A stretch of 64,000 bases of DNA from positions 248,001 to 312,000 of the forward strand of contig NW_026781953.1 in NCBI RefSeq assembly GCF_031769215.1. The letters run 5' to 3'. This document shows, one piece after another, positions 12,391 through 24,315 of the stretch. The first letter of the stretch is position 1. The number at the start of each line of letters is the position of its first letter. The position numbers were made by a program, and so were the translations under genes. Source of the stretch: Ylistrum balloti (taxonomy: Eukaryota). The notes beneath the pieces are model-generated. The model was given only the letters and a program-made list of their open reading frames with translations. It was not told the DNA's origin and did not search any database.

Positions 12391-13448
12391 CCTTTACCTT
12401 AAAAATATCATTACTAATCCTTTGACAACATACAACATTTTCCATTGAAAACTTCCGTGTCGACCGCTGCAAAGAATAACCTGAAATGCCAATATTCTGA
12501 TTGAAAATAGTTTATTTTCATCACGTGTAACATTTTAAATCATACAATATAAAAATATATGTATAACAGGCGAAGTGATTGCTTCTCTGACTAAACAATA
12601 AAAGGTACAGGTATTATGTCGCTTGGCACTAGTTCAATTATGCACAACGTATGGTATTGACATATATATATATATATACTTATATAAGATATGTTTTAAT
12701 ATGTTATATAGGATCCAATTACGGTATCCATTATTCCGTTTCTGAGAAATTACGAATGTCTCGGCTTCGCCGCCGTTTGAGTCGAAAAAAACGATAACAT
12801 CAATTACACCGTCATTTTGCGTCTGCACTGCGGCGACAGAACGAGGTTTTTCGCTGCTTCACTTTGACGAAATATTATTCTTTATTTTGCCGTCCCGGGG
12901 GTCAGAATGATAAAACATCATCGATATTTCGACCCGAGATCGTTATTTCACCCTGTCATTTACAAGTACTGAATAGTAATGACAGAACGATGATCATCAT
13001 TATTTCACTTCGCGTGGTACGAGAACGATAGATAAAGATAACCCGAGCGAACTACCTCTATATTGGTTTGCTGAGTAGTGACTTTGTAGTTTATTATTTC
13101 GTTCTCTCGATAAGAAGTAGTACAGCGATATGATCAGTTCTCTAAATACTGATTTCATGCTTTTGTTATCTTCATCCAGTCACTGTTATAAGCCATTGTT
13201 ATACGGAGCGACATAGCGTATATCAGCTACCTTATAACTACATATAGAGGGTCGTTGATATGTAGCGTATCATCCTTAAACCAAGACAAAATGTCCACAA
13301 CAAACGGTACTTCCACAGGAATGGAACTCGCCACGAAGAGTTTCATCAACACCTGGTTTGTTTGGCGACGTATTTGATATACGCCAGGAATGTTCATTCA
13401 CTTTTACTGTGAACGTTGTTTTAACATCCATGTGCCGTTCTATCATGG

Positions 13449-13529
13449 TGGCGTCACTTCCTTTCTACAAGATGGCTTTGATCCTTGAATGAAAGAAGGA
13501 AGGGTTTCATTAAAAACTGCAGGTACGTA
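13449..13529 (+). promoter_or_regulatory. ETS/CRE-like plus CAAGATGGC (YY1-like) block followed by a CAG|GTACGT donor
   Basis: Motifs at 13449-13476, donor GT at 13523; same arrangement at 18850-18930. Confidence 0.35.
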
Positions 13530-13859
13530 AAACAAATATCTGTATTATACTTCCGTGTTAAAAGCATAAAAGTACATCAAGTGAAATTATCAAAGTAATA
13601 TGATGAAATGACATTGCTGCAACGATGTAACACAGGTAGCATTATTACTCTAGTATTTAACTGTACCTATGAGGACAACAAGATAAAAATGTCTGTATGC
13701 ATAAACCTACTATATCTGTTTCTACCATGGAAAATGATCACGTGGTATCCTTAACACAAACTTGACTTTCTCTCTTCATCCATTTAACACTAAATATACC
13801 TTCTTTCTATACCTGTCGGGGGTTTTAAAATAATTAATTGTATTGACATCCGATATTTC

Positions 13860-14250
13860 ACACTAATTACCTTCTCTCTACATCCGTCCGAGATTTTACT
13901 CTAAATATACCTTCTCTATAGATATCCGTCCGAGATGTTCCAGTAATTACCTTCTCTCTACATCCGTCCGAGATTTTACTCTAAATAAACCTTCTCTGTA
14001 TATCCGTCCGAGATGTTCCAGTAATTACCTTCTCTCTACATCCGTCCGAGATTTTACTCTAAATAAACCTTCTCTATAGATATCCGTCCTAGATGTTCCA
14101 GTAATTACCTTCTCTCTACATCCGTCCGAGATTTTACTCTAAATATACCTTCTCTTTAGATATCCGTCCGAGATGTTCCACTAATTACTTTCTCTCTACA
14201 CCCGTCCGATACTTTATACTAATTACCTTCTCTCTATACCCGTACGTGAT
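13860..14250. repeat. 80-bp higher-order repeat of two ~40-bp subunits
   Basis: taattaccttctctctacatccgtccgagattttactc... at 13864 and 13944; paralogous at 19290-19650 and degenerate at 7190-7440. Confidence 0.9.
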
Positions 14251-14336
14251 TTCACATCAAATGGCTTCTCTCTGTACCTGTCCTTGATTTTGCACACCTT
14301 TTTATACCTGTGCGATATTTTACACTTACTACTTTA

Positions 14337-14495
14337 TTAATCCCTCCTCTGTTGGCTGACCATCCATTGAGTGAGACAGTCGTTTGTTGCGGTCAAACCT
14401 CGCACAGTCAGTTGGGGGCGACTCACACTATCGGCAAAATGTTTGCTATACCTCCTCTCACTTTCCACCATAGTCCTGGAGTTTGATCTAGGATT
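14337..14495 (-). CDS. Copy 2, predicted exon 2
   Basis: cctccagttccag|AAT CCT AGA; 52 aa, identical to the first 52 aa of copy 1 exon 2; 213-nt intron; spliced product 337 aa. Confidence 0.65.
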   Translation of the reverse strand, partial: NPRSNSRTMVESERRYSKHFADSVSRPQLTVRGLTATNDCLTQWMVSQQRRD

Positions 14496-14708
14496 CTGGA
14501 ACTGGAGGCTAAATGACGGCAAACGGGGCCCACGTGCACCCTAAAAGATAATATTGCCATATTTAAACAACAGTGAATGAAAACCCTATATATACATATA
14601 AATATTAGTTTTGTTCATTCAAGCGTCTTTCATAACTCTTTGAATTATAGAAATGTGTGAAAGTTCCATAAGATAGCGAGACGATGTTAATTTGTAAATA
14701 AATCTTAC

Positions 14709-15563
14709 CCTTGGTCGAAGCTGTCTGTTTCTGTAATCTCTTGTCGCTACAGCATGTGACCCAATAAGTTGCTCAACTTCTGCTTCGAATTCTACAATAT
14801 GGTGAGCAATCTCGGCCGGATCTGGTGCCGCTTGGACAACATTTCTTGTTCTTCTTGCGGCGTTAGACCTGACTACAACACGGCAGTTGATTTGTGGAGG
14901 CAAAACGGAATCTTCGCTGCTGGAGGAGGATGACCTTCCATCGTCTTCTATATCGAGATCTGGCATTTCATCTTTTTCTAAGATGTTGTCAGTGGTGTTG
15001 TCTCTTTGTAACAGGACAGTGATTGACCTCGTATCCGTGTGCCGAGGTGTAGGCGACCTCTCACATCCGCTTGATGATGTATCCTCTTCATTTCCATCTC
15101 CACCTCCATTGTCCTCATCCACTGACACATCGCCATGAGTAGGAACCCTACTCCGTTTCCCCATTTGAAAGAAGTTGGAAAGGCTTGATGAAATGGTGGA
15201 AGGATAGTGACTTTGCACTGACAAAGATGCTACATCACTAAATGATGTCCCTGGCCTGCTTTCCTCTCCCTCGAAGAAATTTATGTCCATTTCACTTTCT
15301 GTGGCAACGGTCCCTGAATCTGAATTTCCGTCCATGTAAAAGGGAGGGTACATATGTGGACTTAACACTTCGTCCTCCTCTGAATAGGTATCCGATATTG
15401 CCAGTTGACATTTCTCTACAATTTCTCTTGTGACTGGCGCATTGTGACACTCCAAATCTTTCTTTGAGTCCGTAAAACTAGAACTTTGGCTAATCACTTC
15501 CGAAATCTTCCCGTCGTCATCACGGGAACGCTGATCCCTGACCTTCGTGAACTTACAACCCAT
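14709..15563 (-). CDS. MGC-start uncharacterised protein, copy 2, exon 1
   Basis: 285 codons to AGG|GTAAGA; unspliced ORF 314 aa (14619-15563). Confidence 0.85.
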
Positions 15564-15663
15564 CGTAATATGATGATTATTTAGCAGCTAGCAGTTGTAT
15601 GCATTTAGCATGGCTCGTAGCTAGGCTAGAGTTGGGCGATCCCGAAATGCAATCATAACAATG

Positions 15664-15700
15664 ATTATGACGTCATAATGTTTCAATGACTATTACGTCA
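15664..15700. promoter_or_regulatory. Palindromic CRE (ATTATGACGTCATAAT) plus TTACGTCA, copy 2
   Basis: TGACGTCA at 15668-15675; TTACGTCA at 15693-15700. Confidence 0.65.
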
Positions 15701-16659
15701 CGAATTATTTATTCCCTGGTGTTGCAGACATCAATAATTTCTATCATACTGGCACTGCCATTATCGGAATACACCTGCCATATATGTTTTTGCTGTATCC
15801 GGCAATGGAAAAAAACAGCCGTATTTAAGCACGTGCATTAATTCGATAGAGTTACTTTCAGAATTAATTTAAATATCGCGTTCGAAAATATAAATAAATG
15901 ATGAAATAATCAATCTTGTATGATATAATGAAGAAGTTTACTTACGGAAACTCTTAAAATAGCTGTTATATCAATCCGAGACTCGCCACCTTTGTCTTTG
16001 ATTATGAGACACTGGTCATGTATTCTCTATATGTAACTTGCTATATTACTAATGTTATTTATTTATTTACTGACGACACTGAAGAAGTTTTACATACAAA
16101 GATTCGCCGAATCTCGGAATTAATGGACTCATTTCTTCAACAGACGTTATTTTGGTAATTCGTAAAACCAACCGCATACACCCTAGAATTTTTTTATCAA
16201 GAACGGCTATGTTATTATATTCGGTTTTATGGATTTAAACAAAGCGGTGTCCTGAATTTCTCGGTTTTTCAGGAGGAGAGTGTCCGGATTATCTCGGTTT
16301 TACATACAAGATTTATTTTTTTATACGCCCAAAAAGGCAAATAAATCTGCATTTTGAGTAAAAATCCGAGGGATTATCTGTTTCGGACGTGCGAGTACAC
16401 ATAGACGTTTGTGAATGATTTAGATTAGTGCAGCTGCAAAAGCGAAACGTAATTTTTTTTTTTTCAGAATAGTTGAAAGGTGAGACGACGTCGTGAAAAC
16501 GTTTCGTGATGTTATGGAAGGGAAGTAACGCTAATGGAAAGTTATACAACATGTATCAATCTGTATTCCAGCTTAAGATCATGGTGACACTAGACTACCG
16601 ATACACGATATGCACACCAATGAATACTCCAGGGACTAATTGCTGGGAACAGCGGTTAT

Positions 16660-17805
16660 CTCTCTGGACTTAAATCCGTGGACTATTGTCATCCCTAAAC
16701 TTAATTTCGTAGGCTATCGTCATCTCTGGTCTTAATGCCATGAGCTATTGTTATCTCTGGTCTTAATGTCGTGAGATATTGTTATCTCTGGTCTTAATGC
16801 CGTGAGATATTGCCATCCCTGAACTTAATTCCGTGAGCTATCGTCATCTCTGACTTAATTCCGTGAGCTATCGTCATGTCTGGTCTTAATGCCGTGAGCA
16901 ATTGTCATCCCTGAACTAAATTCCGTGAGCTATCGTCATCTCTGGACTTCAGTCGGCTGTGGTCATCTCACTGAACGGATTTCGATGGTGCATGGTCACC
17001 ACTGTGGTGGACTGTTTTCCGTGGTATATGGTCACCACTGTGGACTGATTTCCGTGGTATATGGTCACCACTGTAGTCTGTTTTCCGTGGTGCATGGTCA
17101 CCACTGTGGACTGATTTCCGTTGTGTAATGTCACAACTATGGACTGATTCCCCAGGTATATGATCCCAACTATGGACTGATTATTGTACTATGTATTGTG
17201 GCCACTTTTGTTGAGTGATATGTGGGGATAATGTTCATCTGGCTTGACCTAATTCCCTGGACTAACGTCATCTCGATTTCCGTGATATATGACCACCCCT
17301 CTAGACTGATCCCGGGGTCACCTGTCACCTCTCTAGACTGATTCCGGGATCACCTGTCACCTCTCTAGACTGATTCCGGGGTCACCTGTCACCTCTCTTT
17401 ACTGATTTCTTGGGTCACTTGTCGCCTCTCGTGACTGATTTCCGTGAAAAATTGTCACCGCACTCGACTGATTTCCAGGGTAAATTATGACCTCTCTTGA
17501 CTGATTATTGGGGTCAATTGTCACCAATGTGAACTGATTTCCGAGGTCACCTGTCATCTCTCTGGAGTGATTTTCGGGGTCAATATTCACCTATGTGAAC
17601 TGATTTGCAGGGTTGATAATTACGGTAACCATGTGTTTACAGCAGGTTACCATTTTACAACTGTCGGTAATTACGGTTACCATGTGTTTACAGTAGGGTA
17701 CCGTTTTACAGCTGTCGGTAATTACGGTAGCCATGTGTTTACAGTAGGGTACCGTTTTACAACTGTCGGTAATTACGGTTACCATGTATTAACTGTAGGT
17801 TACCT
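16660..17805. repeat. Shorter paralogue of the 31/33/32/51-bp repeat tract
   Basis: Same order of unit types as 9845-12390, with fewer copies. Confidence 0.9.
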
Positions 17806-19289
17806 TCACCGTAAAATGATATAACTAATCCTTTGACAACATACAACATTTTCCACTAAAAACTTCCGTGTCGACCGTTGCAAAGAATAACTTGAAATGC
17901 TAATATTCTGATTGAAAATAGTTTATTTTCATCACGTGTAACATTTTAAATCATACAATATAAATATATGTATAACAGGCGAAGTGATTGCTTCTCTGAC
18001 TAAACAATAAAAGGTACAGGTATTATGTCGCTTGGCACTAGTTCAATTATGCACAACGTATGGTATTGACATATATATATATACACTTATATAAAATATG
18101 TTTAATGTGAAATATACGATCCAATTACGGTATTCATCATTCCGTTTCTTAGAAATTACGAATGACTTGGTTTCGCCGCCGTTTGAGGCGAAAAAATGAT
18201 AACATCAATTACACCGTCATTTTGCAGCCGCACTGCGGCGACAGAACGAGGTTTTTCGTTGCTTCACTATGACGAAATGTTATTCTGAATTTTGCCGTTC
18301 CAGGGGTCACAATAATAATATATCATCGATATTTCTACCCTATATTGTTATTTCACCCTCTCATTTACAAGTGCTGAATAGTAATGACAGAACGATGATC
18401 ATTATTTCACTACGCGTGTTGCGAGAACGATAGATAAGATAACCTGATCGAACTACCTCTATATCGGTTTGCTGAGTAGTGACTTTATAGTTCATTATTT
18501 GGTTCTGTCGATGAGAAATATTACAGCGATATGATCAGTTCTCTAAACACTGACTTCATGCTTTTGCTATCTTCATCCAGTCTCTGTAGAAAGCCATTGT
18601 TATGCGGAGCGACATAGCCTATATCAGCTACCTTATAACTGCATATAGAGGACCGTTGATATGTAGCGTATGATCCTTAAACCAAGACCAAATGTCCACA
18701 ACAAACGGTACTTCCACAGGAATGGAACTCGCCACGAAGAGTTTCATCAACACCTGGTTTGTTTGGCGACGTATTCGATATACACCATGAATGTTCATTC
18801 ACTTTTACTGTGAACGTTGTTTTAACATCCATGTGCCGTTCTACCATGGTGACGTGACTTCCTTTCTACAAGATGGCTTTGATCCCTGAATGAAAGAAGG
18901 AAGGGTTTCATTAAAAACTGCAGGTACGTAAAACAAATATCTGTATTATACTTCCGTGTTAAAAGCATAAAAGTACATCAAGTGAAATTATCAAAGTAAT
19001 ATGATGAAATGACATTGCTGCAACAATGTAACACAGGTAGCATTATTACTCTAGTATTTAACTGTACCTATGAGGACAATAAGATAAAATTGTCTGTATG
19101 TATCGTAAACCTTAGGGATAAACCTACTATATCTGTGTTTCTACCATGGAAAATGATCACGTGGTATCCTTAACACAAACTTTACTTTCTCTCTTCATCC
19201 ACCCGAGATTTAACACTAAATATACCTTCTTTCTATACCTGTCGGGGGTTTGAAAATAATTAATTGTATTGACATCTGATATTTTATAC

Positions 19290-19650
19290 TAATTACCTTC
19301 TCTCTACATCCGTCCGAGATTTTACTCTAAATATACCTTCTCTATAAGTACCCGTCCGAGATGTTCCACTAATTACCTTCTCTCTACATCCGTCCGAGAT
19401 TTTGCTCTAAATATACCTTCTCTACGGATACCCGTCCGAGATGTTCCACTTATTACCTTCTCTCTACATCCGTCCGAGATTTTACTCTAAATATACCTTC
19501 TCTACGGATACCCGTCCGAGATGTTCCACTAATTACCTTCTCTCTACATCCGTCCGAGATTTTACTTTAAATATACCTTCTCTTTAGATATCCGTCCGAG
19601 ATGTTCCACTAATTACTTTCTCTCTACACCCGTCCGATACTTTATACTAA
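19290..19650. repeat. 80-bp higher-order repeat, unit 3
   Basis: Same unit as 13860-14250. Confidence 0.9.
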
Positions 19651-19791
19651 TTACCTTCTCTCTATACCCGTACGTGATTTCACATCAAATGGCTTCTCTC
19701 TGTACCTGTCCTTGATTTTGCACACCTTTTTATACCTGTGCGATATTTTACATTTATTATCTTCTGCCTATAAACGTTCGGAATCCCTCCT

Positions 19792-19938
19792 CTATTGGCT
19801 GACCATCCATTGAGTGAGACAGTCGTTTGTTGCGGTCAAACCTCGCACAGTCAGTTGGGGGCGACTCACACTTTCGGCAAAATGTTTGCTATACCTCCTC
19901 TCACTTTCCACCATAGTCCTGGAGTTTGATCTAGGATT
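19792..19938 (-). CDS. Copy 3, predicted exon 2
   Basis: Same acceptor; 48 aa with one D-to-E change; ends at a CAG-to-TAG change; 213-nt intron; spliced product 352 aa. Confidence 0.6.
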   Translation of the reverse strand, partial: NPRSNSRTMVESERRYSKHFAESVSRPQLTVRGLTATNDCLTQWMVSQ

Positions 19939-20151
19939 CTGGAACTGGAGGCTAAATGACGGCAAACGGGGCCCACGTGCACCCTAAAAGATAATATTGC
20001 CATATTTAAACAACAGTGAATGAAAACCCTATATATACATATAGATATTAGGTTTGTTCATTAAAGCGTCTTTCATAACTCTTTGAATTATAGAAATGTG
20101 TGAAAGTTCCATAAGATAGCGAGACGATGTTAATTTGTAAATAAATCTTAC

Positions 20152-21063
20152 CCTTGGTCGAAGCTGTCTGTTTCTGTAATCTCTTGTCGCTACAGCATGT
20201 GACCCAATAAGTTGCTCAACTTCTGCTTCGAATTCTACAATATGGTGAGCAATCTCGGCCGGATCTGGTGCCGCTTGGACAACATTTCTTGTTCCTCTTG
20301 CGGCGTTAGACCTGACTACAACACGGCAGTTGATTTGTGGAGGCAAAACGGAATCTTCGCTGCTGGAGGAGGATGGCCTTCCATCGTCTTCTATATCGAG
20401 ATCTGGCATTTCATCTTTTTCTAAGATGTTGTCAGTGGTTTGGTGTCCATGACCTCCTCTCCGATATGCAGCCATTTTGGATCGGTTAGGCAGTGTGGTG
20501 TTGTCTCTTTGTAACAGGACACTGTTTGACCTCGTATCCGTGTGCCTAGGTGTAGGCGACCTCTCACATCCGCTTGATGTATCCTCTTCATTTCCATCTC
20601 CACCTCCATTGTCCTCATCCACTGACACATCGCCATGAGTAGGAACCCTACTCCGTTTCCCCATTTGAAAGAAGTTGGAAAGCCTTGATGAAATGGTGGA
20701 AGGATAGTGACTTTGCACTGACAAGGATGATACATCACTAAATGATGTCCCCGGCCTGCTTTCCTCTCCCTCGAAGAAATTTATGTCCATTTCACTTTCT
20801 GTGGCAACGGTCCCTGAATCTGAATTTCCGTCCATGTAAAAGGGAGGGTACATATGTGGACTTAACACTTCGTCCTCCTCTGAATTGATCTCCGATATTG
20901 CCAGTTGACATTTCTCTACAATTTCTCTTGTGACTGGCGCATTGTGGCACTCCAAATCTTTCTTTGGGTCCGTAAAACTAGAACTTTGGCTAATCACTTC
21001 CGAAATCTTCCCGTCGTCATCACGGGAACGCCCATCCCTGACCTTCGTGAACTTACAACCCAT
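20152..21063 (-). CDS. MGC-start uncharacterised protein, copy 3, exon 1
   Basis: 304 codons to AGG|GTAAGA; unspliced ORF 344 aa (20029-21063). Confidence 0.85.
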
Positions 21064-21165
21064 CGTAATATGATGATTATTTAGCAGCTAGCAGTTGTAT
21101 GCATTTGGCATGGCTCGTAGCTAGGCTAGATTTACGCGATCCCGAAATGCAATCATAACAATGAC

Positions 21166-21177
21166 TATGACGTCATA
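21166..21177. promoter_or_regulatory. Palindromic CRE, copy 3
   Basis: TGACGTCA at 21168-21175; similarity to the other units stops about 25 bp further on. Confidence 0.6.
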
Positions 21178-22754
21178 ATGTTTCATTGACTTTATACGTC
21201 ACAAACGATAACTCCATTGATATTGTTAACGTTACATTTTTCTGAAATCTTTTGGGTTTTTTTTATTATTTTTTTTTAATCCCTTTTTATTTCTCATTGA
21301 TTTCTAAAATCCCCACATTCGTTTACAATAGCCTAGATACATGTCATCAGGCTTCTAACAAGGTACTTACCCGCTAAAAATCTTAACTAACATCCATTAG
21401 ACATACCCATAAACTTTGCCGATATTTATTATGTGTTCAAATTGTACATTCTGCATGTCAATCAATTTGCTCTAAACTTAATGATTTTGTATTCAGCTCT
21501 TATCATGAACACGCGCCTGGTCAAACGCTTGCCCGATTTTGTTTCTATATCGACAAGCCCCGAATCTATGTATAAATGTTTAAATAAGGCTTCAAGGTCA
21601 ACGGCCTCTTAGGTATATATGTAAAAGTTCTCTAGAACCAAGATTGATTTAATTTGGAGAAAATTGAAGAAATGGTTAAACTTCTGGTCACTGTCGCCTG
21701 GCGGAGTGAGGTTACAGATTTTGGGTGCCGAAAATTCGAGAAGGTTACCAGAAAAGAAAAAACGAAGTGCTGACACGAAATCAAACTCATCTGTAGCTGA
21801 ACGCAGGCGACTTCAACCGAATCGAGAGGTGAACATTGATTCAGGGTGCGACCTAGGTGATATCTTTTTCAAAATACAAAGACCTGCAAAATATCATTGT
21901 CGGTGGCCTTTCACAGTGTAGTCGTTGGATTTCTTGGTACAGTTGTGGGATCGCACATCTGTACACGATGTACACAGATGTCTGTACACGATGTACACAG
22001 ATGTCTGCACGATGTATGAACGAACCAAAAACCGGACGTAGTAAACTTTTGCACATCAGTGCGCACGCTGTACAGTTCTATTGCACAGATGTGTACAGAT
22101 TCTGTCCTGGTTCATATAAATTTAGAAATTACTTATTGACAAGTGTTGGATAGGGTTTATTCACTTTCTGATTAAGTCATAAATCTGAAGATTGAACCCT
22201 TGTATATCTATCAGATACAGACTGATTAGTTGTAAACATTAGTAATTTAAAGTATTTTGTGCAACACGTGACCAGCCTTAGTGTACAATCACTCATTATT
22301 TATACATTGTTTATTCTAAAAAATAAATGGACGTCTCTTTTTGTCTCTTCGGTGAATCATCTCAAATTTCATACCAATAGAAATGAATTTTATTTTCATT
22401 ACTTCTGTATTACTCTCATTTTTCTATCATTTTGTAGACAACAAAAAATATGTATTCGAGTATACCTAAAATGTTATGTTTGTTACACGGGATGACTAGC
22501 TGGTACGTATCCGGATACAGGTAAATTTTGTTTCCGCGAGACATACCACTCGCCACTCTCTGAAACTGTACGATTGAAAGACTATTTTAATGCATGGTCC
22601 AGTTATTAAATTGACTCTCATAATCACCGACCAATTTTAATACGCCTGTGATCACTATTTAGTCATACTACACTATTTTTTCCGTTTAATTTTCAATCCG
22701 TAATATTAACCTACCATTTTTACGAAACCACACATGATGTGAGATCCTATCGCA

Positions 22755-23085
22755 CAGTTGCGTACCAGATCTTGTACAGTGAGTGTGTACGGACGATGTG
22801 TGCACGACTACCAGATCTTGTACAGTGGGTGTGTGCGGACGATGTGTGCACGACTACCAGATCCTGTACAGTGTGTGTGTGCGGACGATGTGTGCACGAC
22901 TACCAGATCTTGTACAGTGAGTGTGCGGACGATGTGTGCACGACTACCAGATCTTGTACAGTGAGTGTGTGCGGACGATGTGTGCACGACTACCAGATCC
23001 TGTACAGTGAGTGTGTGCGGACGATGTGTGCACGACTACCAGATCTTGTACACTGAGTGTGTACGGACGATGTGTACACGACGTT
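22755..23085. repeat. 46-bp minisatellite, about 7 copies
   Basis: Unit gacgatgtgtgcacgactaccagatcttgtacagtgagtgtgtgcg; tgcacgac at 22801 and 22847. Confidence 0.95.
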
Positions 23086-24315
23086 TTTTAATGCGTTGTA
23101 CGTTATCACACCCTCGACACCCACAGTTTCGAATATGTGGACCGGATTAAGGTTTCCACCTGGTCTTATTTAACCAGAAAGTGTTACCCTTTGTTACAGA
23201 ATTGCGTATTTTATTAAATATTTTCACACATGATTTTAATGCAGATTATCCAGAGAAATTAATATGAATTGTTGATATGTTCAAGAATCCGCTAGAGAAA
23301 AGTCAAGTCGTGATGTCGAATTAAAATTAGGGACTAAAATCTACAATAGACGTCCTTGGTCCGAATCAAACACAGATACACCAGTCTAGTGAAATAGCTA
23401 TTGTGACGGCACACCGTCGACGTTTCTTTGTCCATAATAATGACGCCATAAAGGCCACGCGCTTGATGGCATATATTGGATCTCAAATCGTACATCTTTC
23501 CGGTTAGTAAAAAAAGTGGCAGTGCATAGCTAATTTTGACTCGTATCCGAAATTCTTTTTAAGTTTAACATTCGTTCGTTGTATAAATACAAGTTAATCG
23601 AAGTTATTACTTACCTGTCACAAAAAATAGATATAAATGTACTAATATTGAATTGATTTTCAAAGTCGATTTCGAAAGGATTAATCATGAAAAGAAAGAT
23701 ATTTTTTTAAGAAAGACATTTCAAAATTTTGTGGGAAAATATGTTGTAAACTTGATAACGTCCACGGCAGGAATTACTGTCTTGGCTGTGGAAATACGCC
23801 GTGTTTTATTATTGAGTTTGAAACGGGAATTGACATTGCATTATCGAGAAAAGCGAAAGAAACACTATCAAAACAGATGTACAAATGGTCAGTTAAATCT
23901 CTTTACGCTGATCACAGTTTTAACACAATAAGGAATGGATTGTATAGATGATACTTCCTCCAATTCTTCAAGCGACAATGTAGAACGTTTAGTTGAGGAC
24001 GACCAAAGTACAGTTAGTTTTTAAATAGTTCATGACAGGAATTGTGGGGATATAAATTAGGGCGCGCGTGTATGGTCCACCTCTCTTTCATTCATTGTCC
24101 GTACAATATTCCAATCTGTATGAACCAGGAATATTTTGCATCACACAAGATCTGAACATACATTCTGTCCTTATTGAAATTCATCACAGTGGGGCTACTT
24201 GTACAAGACAGCTATTGTAAAAAGGCCTCTGCTTGAATGGGCTGCTCCATACCATAGTTAAAGTCCCTTCAGTCATTCTCAATAGATGTTCCAGTTGACA
24301 ATATTATTTGACAAC

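Larger units (their letters stand above)
7190..21200. repeat. Tandem segmental array: two complete units plus a partial third
   Basis: Anchor tccctcctct(g/a)ttggctgacc at 7449, 14341 and 19784 (periods 6892 and 5443 bp). The period difference is largely minisatellite copy number. Homology of unit 3 ends near 21200. Confidence 0.95.

Noticed and set aside
20029-20064. Stop-loss C-terminal extension of copy 3 as neofunctionalisation
   Set aside because: Probably lies inside the predicted 213-nt intron.
21664-22153. ORFs 21664..21921 and 21857..22153
   Set aside because: Short, partly low-complexity (tgtacac repeats), no recognisable motif or splice context.
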